From assembly GCA_964016885.1 (NCBI GenBank), contig OZ024761.1:9858001-9922000 (forward strand): a stretch of 64,000 nucleotides of DNA. Reading direction: 5' to 3'. This stretch comes from Eledone cirrhosa (taxonomy: Eukaryota). Of the stretch, positions 48,997 to 60,873 are shown piece by piece. The number at the start of each line of letters is the position of its first letter. Within the stretch, counting starts at the first letter, position 1. Under the pieces are notes generated by a model, which worked only from the letters and a program-made list of their open reading frames with translations, made no database searches and was not told the origin of the DNA. Position numbers and translations under genes: made by a program.

Positions 48997-49277
48997 TACA
49001 ATTAAACATCCAATTTAACAACACTTTGTTCTCCATTGACCTCTTCACCTCACCACTACGTGTGTCACCTTGTGTCATTGTCTATTGTAATGTGTCACTA
49101 TTCATGCTGTCACTGGGTGGTGGTGGTGTTGGTGGTGATGGTGGTAGTGGTAATGGTGTTGTTGGTGGTGGTGACGATGGTGGTAGTAGTTGTGTTATTT
49201 GTATATCTATCAATCTATCGATATATATATATATGTGTGTGTATGTGTGTGCGTGTGCGCGTATGTGTGTGCATATG

Positions 49278-49353
<76 letters not shown>

Positions 49354-49373
49354 CGTGTGCGTGTGTGTGTGTG

Positions 49374-49407
<34 letters not shown>

Positions 49408-49832
49408 CTATATATATGTACTGCCTATCCGTGTTATTCTTCATTCCTTTATTATACACACACACACACACATACATATATATACACACACACATACACA
49501 CACATATATATATACACACACAGACACACACACATATACACACACACAGACACACACACATATATATATACACACACACACGGACACACACACATATATA
49601 TATATATATACACACTAATTTAAGGTATCACAACATATATATTTCCACCCCCTTTAACCCCCCCCCCCCCGAGTCAGTTCACCCGGGAAGCCAACCTGAC
49701 CCTCCCAGTGCAGAGGATTGAATACAATGGTTTACCAAATAATCCCCTGACCCCTTGCGCAGCTGAGGAATGTGTAAATGTTGAATATATTCATGTGGGA
49801 GAGGCATAGGCAACGTTGAGAGACACACACAG

Positions 49833-49877
<45 letters not shown>

Positions 49878-49881
<4 letters not shown>

Positions 49882-50070
49882 AAAAAGTAGGACCCCGAAG
49901 GAAGAGCTCAAGCCGATTCGACGGCTATTTCTAGACTAAATTAGAATTTTTAGCCTGGTGAATAAATAGCCGTCGGGGTCATACTTTTTCCTATTTCCCA
50001 CTCTACTACCCTAAGTATTGAGTACTCTGCTGCGTTATGGTCCACCTGGTTCCTTACCACATTTTCTTTG

Positions 50071-50074
<4 letters not shown>
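49878..50074 (+). mobile_element. Family B short foldback copy retaining the complete stem II insert
   Basis: Inverted arm runs through CGGCTATTTC...AAATAGCCG, then switches to the direct arm at GCCGTC. Confidence 0.8.
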
Positions 50075-50111
<37 letters not shown>

Positions 50112-50163
50112 TATTTATTAAGAAAGTAAAACAAAGAAGCCTTCAATACATCAAAAGTCTTTA

Positions 50164-50206
50164 TTAGCCGACAATGTTTCGTCCTATTAAGGACTCATCA
50201 GGGCAA
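50164..50206 (-). ncRNA. Canonical minimal type I hammerhead ribozyme (family F; element about 50115-50230)
   Basis: TTGCC-CTGATGA-GTCCT taat AGGAC-GAAAC-ATT-GTC-GGCtAA, followed by AATAAA. Confidence 0.85.
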
Positions 50207-50228
50207 TTAAAACAACAAGAAGTATTAA

Positions 50229-50266
<38 letters not shown>

Positions 50267-50269
<3 letters not shown>

Positions 50270-50364
50270 GGAGGTGAGTTTTATTGTAGTACAATAAAGC
50301 AATGCAGATATCGGATAAGAAGCACTCTACCATTTGTAGGACTGGAGTATATATAATATATAAG

Positions 50365-50370
<6 letters not shown>
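50267..50370 (-). mobile_element. Family E tail-only copy
   Basis: Near-identical to 30178-30280. Confidence 0.75.
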
Positions 50371-50451
<81 letters not shown>

Positions 50452-50623
50452 TTATATATATTGTTATACTTTGGGAGGGTCATGTTGCCAATAAGAAACA
50501 CACGCACCAGTTGCTTTCACTTCAATTTATTATATATTTATAAATTTATAAATTTATAAATTTATAAATTTATAGATTTCTGGTTGGTTGGTTGGTTCCA
50601 CAACCAGATAGTTGTTTATATAT

Positions 50624-50668
50624 AGTCATAGTTCTTTCGTCACACACTCTGTGACCTCTTCAGTGACT
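50624..50668 (-). ncRNA. Type I hammerhead ribozyme (family D; element about 50460-50737)
   Basis: AGTCA-CTGAAGA-g-GTCACA gagtg TGTGAC-GAAA-GAAC-TA-TGACT; one extra nucleotide after A9; CUA triplet. Confidence 0.78.
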
Positions 50669-50842
50669 GGGGATTCCTTTCTTTGTTTCTGTGCCTCTCC
50701 TTTGTTCTGTCCTACGCCATTTTGTTTCTGTTTCTGTATATATATATATAACGAAGGAAATGTGGTAAGGAACCAGGTGGATCATAACGCACCAAAGTAC
50801 TCAATACTTGAGGTAGTAGAGTGGGTAATAGGAACCAGTAAG

Positions 50843-50936
50843 ACCCCGACAGCTGAGCTCAAGCCGTTTCGACGGCTAATTCTGGACTAAATGAAAATTT
50901 ATCCTGGTATTGAAATAGCCGATCTTCTCAAGGGGT
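50843..50936 (-). ncRNA. Type I hammerhead ribozyme with U3-A8 variant core (family B, inverted arm)
   Basis: Near-exact reverse complement of 52876-52969. Confidence 0.75.
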
Positions 50937-52875
50937 AATTCCATATATGGTCAAAGTGATTGTCAAAAATCAGTAGTAATTCTGTGGTTGCAAATTAGTA
51001 GGGGAGATGGTGGCTAAACCTGCCAGTAGGAGAAAGAGGGGAGGGGGTGGAGTAGACCCAATCAAGCGTTTGTAGTGCCAGCTACAGCTGGGCATGAGGT
51101 CAAAGAAGATACAGGGGAGGGGGAGGGGGAGGAAGTCGGAACGGTAGGTAGAACAATGGGGGGTATATATACCATTATATATAGGAAAGAAAAAATACTG
51201 AGAGTGAAGAAAAGCAAATAAGTGTAAAGAAAAACAAATGAGTGTAAAGAAAAAAGTAAAGTAAATTAAATTCTACGACCTAGGTTTCTAGCTATTGTTA
51301 GGCTATTCTAGCTATTGTTAGGCTAGAATAAATAAATAAAGAAATAAAGAAAGAAAGAAGTAAAGAAAGAAATAAAGAAATAACGAAATAAGTAAAAGAA
51401 CTAGGTGGGACGGAATAGGCGAGGACCCTTTTAAGAGGTATAAGTACGTAAATGATACGGTGACGGGTCAACAAAAGGGGCCAAAATACTAAAGAAACTA
51501 CCACGAAATAAACAATAAAGGTTTCCATCCCGGGCACAATTCCAGCAACCACCCAGTGCAGCAAAGTGAACTAATACGAGATAATAATTCTGAGTCCCGA
51601 GAAAAATATACTAATGCTAACTCTAAAAGATCTAAAACAAGCTACATGAAAGTTCGTACGAAGTAAAGGTAGAATACGGAAAAATAAATTCAGAATCCAC
51701 CCCGCCCAAAAGAAAAGCCGGGGGGGGGGGGTAGACTAGGGCTATAACACCCCACTTGCCGATTTTGCAATGGGTAACCCCTGCTTGCCAAGGGAGACGT
51801 AAGATCTTCTTTGTTTCTTTTATCGCTTCCTTTATTTCCTTCCTTCCCCCCTCTCTCCTTAGTCCTTCTACCCCAGCTCTTCTCCTTTGTCGGCGTCTTT
51901 TCTCGCCCACCCGAGGCTGCCCTTTGGCCCCTTGTAGCCTTAGTACCCCCACCCCCTCCCCTAGTCTAGGATAGATTTGGCGGACTCCGCCCTTTATAGC
52001 AGTTGGTTTAGACCCCGGATACTTGTCCCCTTTTTCCGACCGCTCCCACTATTCTCTGTGCCCTCTATATTTCTTAGTGGCACTTATGCCTTATTTTTTC
52101 GTTTCAGTATTTCTTTCTTCGCTTTTCTTTTGGGCGGGGTGGATTCTGAATTTATTTTTCCGTATTCTACCTTTACTTCGTACGAACTTTCATGTAGCTT
52201 GTTTTAGATCTTTTAGAGTTAGCATTAGTATATTTTTCTCGGGACTCAGAATTATTATCTCGTATTAGTTCACTTTGCTGCACTGGGTGGTTGCTGGAAT
52301 TGTGCCCGGGATGGAAACCTTTATTGTTTATTTCGTGGTAGTTTCTTTAGTATTTTGGCCCCTTTTGTTGACCCGTCACCGTATCATTTACGTACTTATA
52401 CCTCTTAAAAGGGTCCTCGCCTATTTCGTCCCACCTAGTTCTTTTACTTATTTCGTTATTTCTTTATTTCTTTCTTTACTTCTTTCTTTCTTTATTTCTT
52501 TATTTATTCTAGCCTAACAATAGCTAGAGACCTAGGTCGTAGAATTTAATTTACTTTACTTTTTTCTTTACACTCATTTGTTTTTCTTTACACTTATTTG
52601 CTTTTCTTCACTCTCAGTATTTTTTCTTTCCTATATATTTCTACCCCCCATTGTTCTACCTACCGTTCCGACTTCCTCCCCCTCCCCCCCCCCTCCCCTG
52701 TATCTTCTTTGACCTCATGCCCAGCTGTAGCTGGCACTACAAACGCTTGATTGGGTCTACTCCACCCCCTCCCCTCTTTCTCCTACTGGCAGGTTTAGCC
52801 ACCATCTCCCCTACTAATTTGCAACCACAGAATTACTACTGATTTTTGACAATCACTTTGACCATATATGGAATT

Positions 52876-52969
52876 ACCCCTTGAGAAGATCGGCTATTTA
52901 AATACCAGGATAAATTTTCATTTAGTCCAGAATTAGCCGTCGAAACGGCTTGAGCTCAGCTGTCGGGGT
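52876..52969 (+). ncRNA. Type I hammerhead ribozyme with U3-A8 variant core (family B)
   Basis: ACCCC-TTGAGAA-GAtCGGCTA...TAGCCGTC-GAAA-CGGCT tgagctc AGCT-GTC-GGGGT; GUC triplet, predicted cut after 52964. Confidence 0.75.
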
Positions 52970-52979
52970 CTTACTGGTT

Positions 52980-53014
<35 letters not shown>

Positions 53015-53016
<2 letters not shown>

Positions 53017-54020
53017 TAGACATGAAAAATGCGCAAGCTCAAAAGTGCCACAGAATGTTATAATAAACCTTCAAAAGTGTGGGACTAGAGTTGTTGCTAA
53101 AAAATATTGTAATCATTATATATCGTACATTCTGTGGCATCCTTTATAAAAATAGCTTAAACCAACGAAGCCTTTATTTTTACGCTATTTCACTTAGTTA
53201 ATTCTTAGAGTGTAACATATAAAAATATGATTTACAACTATAAAATAAATTAATTAATATAATAACAGAGCTGCGGAGCTGAAATTTAGGAAATAATGGA
53301 GTATCGGATCCTGAGTTGGAGCCAGTCAATTTTTGACCGACTCCGCAGCCCTGTATAATACATTTCATATTAAAGTTATTAATAAACCTATTTTACACTT
53401 CATGCAAATTACCACGAGATATTGATATTAGATATAAGATACAGCGCAATATCTACAGCTGTAAAAGTACGAAAGCGAAGTAATAATAAGTGGCTTAAGG
53501 TAATTCCAATATGAAAGTTTGTAGTGATAAAAATTTGATAATGCAATACGATTGTTAATATTATAGTTCTATGAAAATGTAACAATAGATAACTAAATTA
53601 TTTTACTATTAGTATATTTAAGAAATTATCATTATAGATTTGATCGTTCATATAAGCATCATATTAAGTTTCAACACAATTATTTTGTTACTATGAGTAT
53701 ATGATAATAATATTACGTAATTATTTATAGCTGTTATTACATTAAACATAGATGTATTTATTTTTATATGTTACACTCTAAGAATTAACTAAGTGAAATA
53801 GCGTAAAAATAAAGGCTTCGTTGGTTTAAGCTATTTTTATAAAGGATGCCACAGAATGTACGATATATAATGATTACAATATTTTTTAGCAACAACTCTA
53901 GTCCCACACTTTTGAAGGTTTATTATAACATTCTGTGGCACTTTTGAGCTTGCGCATTTTTCATGTCTAGTTTAATATTTTTTTAAGGCAACGCTTGTAA
54001 TAACTCTAGTTAAACAGGAT
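53015..54020 (+). mobile_element. Family I foldback (about 213-bp near-perfect arms plus a 50-bp tail)
   Basis: 53015-53227 is inverted relative to 53758-53971; starts in (TA)n and ends GGATATATAT. Confidence 0.7.
53266..53353. mobile_element. Small hAT-type MITE nested in the family I spacer
   Basis: TIRs CAGAGCTGCGGAG / CTCCGCAGCCCTG; 8-bp flanks TATAATAA / TATAATAC (7 of 8 match). Confidence 0.6.
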
Positions 54021-54519
54021 ATATATTAATAATAAATTATCGTTGTAATGTAATTAGATTATGTAATTGTTATTATAAATTATCTTATAAATATTAGTGT
54101 AAGATGTATAAAAATATTTTCAGACTTTTAATATAAACAACTACAAAAAACAATCAATATTAAATCAATATATTATACATAATAGAAAACATAAAATATA
54201 CAATACAAAAACAAAATATTTACATACATTTGCAATTATCAGTGTATATACATTTTCTTTATATTCCCTGAGCAAATTAATAAGATTTGTTTTTATTGTA
54301 CATAATTTGATGACTTGTTGGAGTGTATTAAAAGATAGCAACAATTTGTGATTAAATTGTTATCTTAAGCAACTCACTTTTTAATAGTTGTTGGCTGAGC
54401 GAAATTGTAAAAGCCTATGAGCAAATATAAAAAAAAATACACAAACAACATTTCCTTGTGTTATTACAACATTAGATAAAATAATTGAGCAATGTCGTTA
54501 TATTTTGCTCTTATTGCAC

Positions 54520-54695
54520 ATTAATAGTGTTTCTATTTTTCGGCACAAATCCATTACGGCAGTCCATTACTGGTACTTTATTTTATCGAATTAGTAAGTA
54601 TGAAAGTCGAAGTTAACCTCGGCAGGATTTGAACTTAGAATGCAAAGGACCATAACAATACTGCAAAGCATGGTGTCTGACGCTCTACCAATACT
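54520..54695 (-). mobile_element. Diverged SINE copy
   Basis: CATTACTGGTACTTTATTTTATCGA...GGATTTGAACT. Confidence 0.7.
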
Positions 54696-55085
54696 TGTGT
54701 TGAGCTGGTCATTAATTTATGGTGGTCGTGCGTGAAGTAGAGCAATCGCTAGTTGAAATATTATGAACAAAACATTTTTATTTGCCGAAGAACATATTTT
54801 CAATACTGTTTGTGAATGTGACGAAGGAAATACATTCTGATATGGAACAGTGTACAAAGTGTGTCTGTGAATAACATAATGTTACCTCATGTTGTTGTCA
54901 AGACATAATGGATTTCGTTTATCCAGTTAGAAGATGAAACCTAGCCATCTCGGATTAGTTATATTTCATGCCATGTGTAAACGTGTTTGAGGATAGCAAA
55001 ATATGCGCGTTAATTATAATAATTAGTTAATAATATTACAAAATATACCTAATTAAACTCTTTGCTTGAAATTTTATCATTCTTC

Positions 55086-55164
<79 letters not shown>

Positions 55165-55388
55165 TCTAGTCCTTCGCTCAAGATTAATCTATAAGTTTAG
55201 ATGTTTGCCTTCGTTTAAGTAAATATTACAGTAAGATTTTTAATATAAACAACTGCAAAAAACAATTAATATTAAAACGAAAAAATTATCAATGATAAAA
55301 GAAGCGGATGCAACTTTTTTTTTTATAAAGTTATATTCCTGTTTCTTTAAAGAACATTTCATTTTTGTTCTATTGTAGGCGAAATAAT

Positions 55389-55574
55389 TGTTTCTACTTT
55401 AGGCACAAGGCCAGCAAATTACCCAGTACATTACTGGTACTTTATTTTATCGACCCCGTAAGGATGAAAGGCAAAGTTAACCTCGGCGGGATTTGAACTC
55501 AGACTGTAAAGGGACGTAACTATGCTAGAAAGCATGGCGTCCAACCCTCTACCGATACTGCCAATTCACCGCCC
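55389..55574 (-). mobile_element. Full-length tRNA-derived SINE (octopus-type)
   Basis: A box TGGCAGTATCGG and B box GAGTTCAAATCC on the minus strand; central GCCTTTCATCCTTACGGGGTCGATAAA domain; 15-bp TSD TGTAGGCGAAATAAT at 55374-55388 and 55575-55589. Confidence 0.88.
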
Positions 55575-56764
55575 TGTAGGCGAAATAATGCAATGGTTTA
55601 ATAGGGAAGATATAACTTACGAATTATGTCTCTAACCGTGTAACGCTTTTTAAGTAGATAACTACAATTGAAAATACTAAAGAAATGGAACCAACAATTC
55701 AATTTGAAAGTCGTCTAGTGACAGTGTATTACTGGTACTTTATTTTATCGACCCCGTAACGATGAAAGGCAAAAATGCAAATGCTTAAAATTTAAATTGC
55801 CTTAATTCTATCGTCTGCTGTTTCATTAAAGGGAGATTATCGTCTGTATTTAATTCTATCGTCTACTGTTCCACTAAACAGATATACCTTCACTATCGTC
55901 TCTATTTATACATTTTAACTTATAACTTATACACATTTGATTTGAAATATTTTATCTAGTCCCCCCTCTCAATATTATGATGATTTCTTTCGAATGAAAC
56001 AGTTCTAGTCCTGTAGAAGCCATTTATATATATAATTGAACTGAGTTAAAAATTCACAATATTTATAATTAAATAAGCTCATATATATATGTGTGTATTT
56101 ATCTGTTTATTGTATTATATATAATGTGTGTATATACAGGATGTCCCCCAAAAATATATACACACTTCAACAGCATTCTAATAACTATTGCCTGTACAGG
56201 TAATCAAAGTGTCAATCGAATGTTAGTTTCGTGTTTTAACAGTACAAATTTACAATACACACATAAAACCAGTGTATATACATACATGAGTGTGTATACA
56301 CATACATGAATGTGTATATACAATATATATGTATATATATATATAGACACATGTATTCACGGTGCAACGGTACATTAAAATATAGATGCGGGAGAGGGGG
56401 TGTATATATAGGGGCGCTGGGGATAAAGGAGTGTAAAGCGTGTGTAATTGATATATTGAAGGAGAGGAGCGTGCAGCGATAGAGTAACAAATATATAGAG
56501 AGGGGGAGAGATGGTATTGAAGGGGAGGAGTGCAAAGCGAAAGAGTAAGAGATATAAATAGAGACGGAACAGATAGAGAGAAACAGGCGTAAGTAACAGT
56601 GGAAGAGATATAGAGAGAGGTACTCTGATTGGTTGAAAATTAGCCAATGACATACGATCACCACCACGGCTATCCCCGAAAAATTTTTAAAGAAACTAGG
56701 CATATATGTTAGAACACGAAAAGTGAACATTCTGTGTTTCACACTTTTCGTGTTCTAACAGATA

Positions 56765-56976
56765 TAACGAAGGAGGTGTGGTAAGGAACCAGATGGACCA
56801 TAACGCACCAGAGTACCCAATACTTAGTGTTTAACCCCGACGGCAGAGCTCAAGCCGTTTCGACGGCTATTTTTGGACTCAGAAATAGCCGTCGAAACGG
56901 CTTCAGCTGTGCCGTCGGGGTTAAATTTTTTCCTATATATATATGTATATATATGTATCTTACCACACCCTCTTTG

Positions 56977-56980
<4 letters not shown>
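56765..56980 (-). mobile_element. Family B short foldback copy plus an adjacent tail fragment
   Basis: Tail, arms 56830-56872 / 56882-56923, and a tail-end fragment at 56956-56980. Confidence 0.75.
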
Positions 56981-57016
<36 letters not shown>

Positions 57017-57020
<4 letters not shown>

Positions 57021-57468
57021 GATATTAAATAAATGGAAACTATATTTATAAAACCATATTTATTTCATTATATATATTTCAGGGATATCATATTAAAAAT
57101 ATGGTATGCCTTCTTCAGACAAAATACAATATAAACAGTCTTATAAATAGATAGAGTTGACATACCTTACAACTTCAACTTCCATTTAAAAAGTTGATTT
57201 GGTAGTGAAAAATGTTAGGGACAGTTATAAAAAGAAAGAAAGAAAAAAAGAAAAAAAAGCGAAGAAAAAGAAGAAATGCATGCAACTAAATAGAGAGAGA
57301 TAGATATAGAGAGATAGATAGAGAGAAGAAATTCATGTAAAGAAACAGAGAGAGATAGATAGAGAGAGAAAAAACCAAATAAATATGGTTTTATAAATAT
57401 AGTTTCCATTTATTTAATATCGTAAATATACTCCAAATACTTGTTGAGTGCTTTTATATCAGTTATAA
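57017..57468 (+). mobile_element. Family C second copy; hammerhead at 57061-57126 on the minus strand
   Basis: Minus strand reads TATTTTGT-CTGAAGA-AGG...CCT-GAAA-TATATA-TA-ATGAAATA; arms 57017-57065 / 57377-57424; tail to 57468. Confidence 0.8.
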
Positions 57469-57669
57469 ATATTTACTCGTTGTAACCCAACAATTTAAAT
57501 AAAACTTTGCATATATATATATATATTCACACAAAACGACTGACTAAGCAATTATATATACTTATATGTACACACACGCACATAAACACACACACACATA
57601 CACACACACACATACACACATACACACACGCACATAAACACACACACACACATACACACACACACATAC

Positions 57670-57700
<31 letters not shown>

Positions 57701-57957
57701 GCAGATTTTCAAATATAAACTCAAGATTGCCGAAGGAAGAGCAGAAATATGGAAACGGAAATGGGGAACTGGTCTGTGTTTTTGTCACTTAGTTAATACT
57801 AATTTGATCGTTTCCATTGGTCACTTTTCCTGTCACGTGCTTTCCACTTGATGTTGTCACGTGCCCTTCCTCCCTTAAGACGTATCATACTTTTATATCT
57901 ATTTATTGTCACTGTGTTTATTGGTTTAATTATTTATGTTTGTTGTTGTCGTTGTTG

Positions 57958-58170
57958 CTTCTTCTTCTTCTTCTTCTTCTTCTTCTTCTTCTTCTTCTTC
58001 TTCTTCTTCTTCTTCTTCTTTTTCTTTTTCTTTTTCTTTTTTTCTTCTTCTTCTTCTTCTTCTTCTTCTTCTTCTTCTTCTTCTTCTTTTTCTTTTTCTT
58101 TTTCTATTACTTTCTTCTTCTTCTTCTTCTTCTTCTTCTTCTTCTTCTTCTTCTTCGTTCTTCTTCTTCG
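57958..58170. repeat. (CTT)n microsatellite
   Basis: Direct reading. Confidence 0.95.
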
Positions 58171-58624
58171 TTCTTCTATATGGTATGTTTGCTTGTAGGA
58201 CTGAGGATTGCTACTCCACAAAGACGTTGAATGTGGATAGATGAAACTTCCCTTAATGCCCGAAGGTATGGAAGTACCTAGATGAAAGATGAGAATCTTT
58301 TCTCGGGGTGTGCAGCAATACGATGCTGCATTGCGTTAGGTGAGGTTGCCCAAATAGGTGACCTAATGAAGTGAAATGTTTAGCCACGGTTCTGGTGAGT
58401 GTAGACATTTGCTGATGTCCTAGACGATAGCCGATTTCCTTCTCGCAAAGAGACCTGAAAAGTTTTCTGGTGATGCAGTTGTTATTTAGTAAAATCTCCC
58501 CAGGTCAGCTTTGATTAGGCTGACATAGGATCAACCCTCAGAACGCTTCTAAATATCATATAGCCTTCTTTGGGAGCATGAAGTAACAAGATCGTTAGAG
58601 CACCGAACAGAATACCTTGAGATA

Positions 58625-58797
58625 TTTACGTTCTGGGTTAAAATCCCATATAGGTTAGCTTTGATTTTCATCCTTGTGGGGTCGATAAAATAAAGCAGCA
58701 GTAATGCACTGAAGTCGATTTAATCGACTTACCCCTCGCCCCAAAATTGCTGGCCTTGTGCCTAAAGTAGAAACAATTATTATTATTATTATTATTA
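58625..58797 (+). mobile_element. SINE copy with (ATT)n tail
   Basis: Reverse orientation of the same family, ending GAAACAATTATTATTATT. Confidence 0.8.
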
Positions 58798-59028
58798 CCA
58801 GTGTGTTAAGAAGTAGTAAACAATACAAATAAGGCAGCAATGATGTTTTTCGTTTGGTCTTGTTCACACACAGTGAGAGGATGTGGAGGCAATTACATTA
58901 CACTTGTTTGTCTCTCGTAAACGTTTGTATTTATATGTGTATGTATGTATGTATGTATGTATGTATGTATGTATGTATGTATGTATGTATATGTGTAAAT
59001 ATACATATATGTGTATATATATATATAC

Positions 59029-59139
<111 letters not shown>

Positions 59140-59664
59140 TACTTATGTTTATATGCATGTATATAGGTGTACATGTATGGATGTATACATGTATGCATGC
59201 ATGAATGAGTATATATATATATATATATATATATCTACATATAGTACATATATATCCATATACATTTACATACATATATATACATACATATGTGTATATA
59301 TATATACATATGTGTATATATATACATACATATATATATATACATATGTGTATATATATACATACATATATACATATGTGTATATATATATATACATATG
59401 TGTATATATATATACATATGTGTATATATATATACATATGTGTATATATATATACATATGTGTATATATATATACATATGTGTATATATATATATACATA
59501 TGTGTATATATATATATACATATGTGTATATATATATATACAGTAAGTATTGCTGTACATGCACGTCTACGATGTACATTCATTCAGCCAACTAGAAAGA
59601 GCCACGGATGTCTCATATTAAACTCATTAATGAGAAGGTCAAACGGGGGAGGAGGGACGTATGC

Positions 59665-59696
<32 letters not shown>

Positions 59697-59937
59697 GTAT
59701 GTGTGTGTGTTTATGTGTGTGGGGAGGGGGGCTGAGCATAGGTTATTCTTTTGATGCAACCCCTTATATAAATATATATATATATATATATATCGATGTT
59801 TTTACATGTATATATATATATATATATATATCGATGTTTGTGAGTGTACATATATATATACGCATATATACGTATATGTATATATATAGATACATATATG
59901 TATATACATATACATATATGTATATATATATGTATGT

Positions 59938-59972
<35 letters not shown>

Positions 59973-59974
59973 AG

Positions 59975-60006
<32 letters not shown>

Positions 60007-60050
60007 CATACATATACATATATATATATATATATGTATATATATATCTC

Positions 60051-60128
<78 letters not shown>

Positions 60129-60129
60129 G

Positions 60130-60169
<40 letters not shown>

Positions 60170-60463
60170 TCGTTTCCTGTATCTACACCCTCATAGAGGA
60201 GACGTTTCCTCTTTTTATTCATAAGGGTGCTGCTGCTGCTTCCTAGAAGACCCATATTAAGGGGTCACTCACTTTATCTCACCATTCATTCTAGGACTTG
60301 ACTTATAGAAAAATCTTTGAAGGAGAAAATATCAAAATAAGAAAATAGATTTTATTTTGAAAACAAAAAATAACAAAAGGTTTTTGTAATTGTGTGTTTG
60401 TCTGTAGGCTTATGTATATATATATATGTATGTAGATACACACACATAAATGTATGTGTGTGT

Positions 60464-60571
<108 letters not shown>

Positions 60572-60582
60572 GTATGTGTGTG

Positions 60583-60652
<70 letters not shown>

Positions 60653-60818
60653 TGTATATCTAAATGTATGTATATATATATATATATATTTATTAAAATA
60701 ACAGATTAAAGTTTAAGCAAAGAATCGGTGCTTATTTATCCTTATCGAGCCCTCTTTGGATTTTAGTCTTCAAATTTATTATTACTATATATATATACAC
60801 ACACATATATATATATAT

Positions 60819-60873
<55 letters not shown>

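Larger units (their letters stand above)
50749..52983 (-). mobile_element. Family B long copy: 2.2-kb foldback with about 0.87-kb inverted arms and an 80-bp tail
   Basis: 50829-51718 is the reverse complement of 52121-52983; tail 50749-50828 is shared with the short family B copies; flanked by (TA)n. Confidence 0.88.

Noticed and set aside
51298-52517. Mirrored hydrophobic ORFs in the long foldback
   Set aside because: T-rich composition and non-ATG starts; no RT or GIY-YIG motifs recognised
56135-56170. TACAGGATGTCCC Tc1/mariner-like terminus
   Set aside because: Only one end found and no transposase remnant
58190-58620. Possible decayed hammerhead (TCCA..GAAAC..GTA-TGGA) or RTE 3' end next to (CTT)n
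   Set aside because: Core and stem II are too degenerate and the translation is unconvincing; cannot classify
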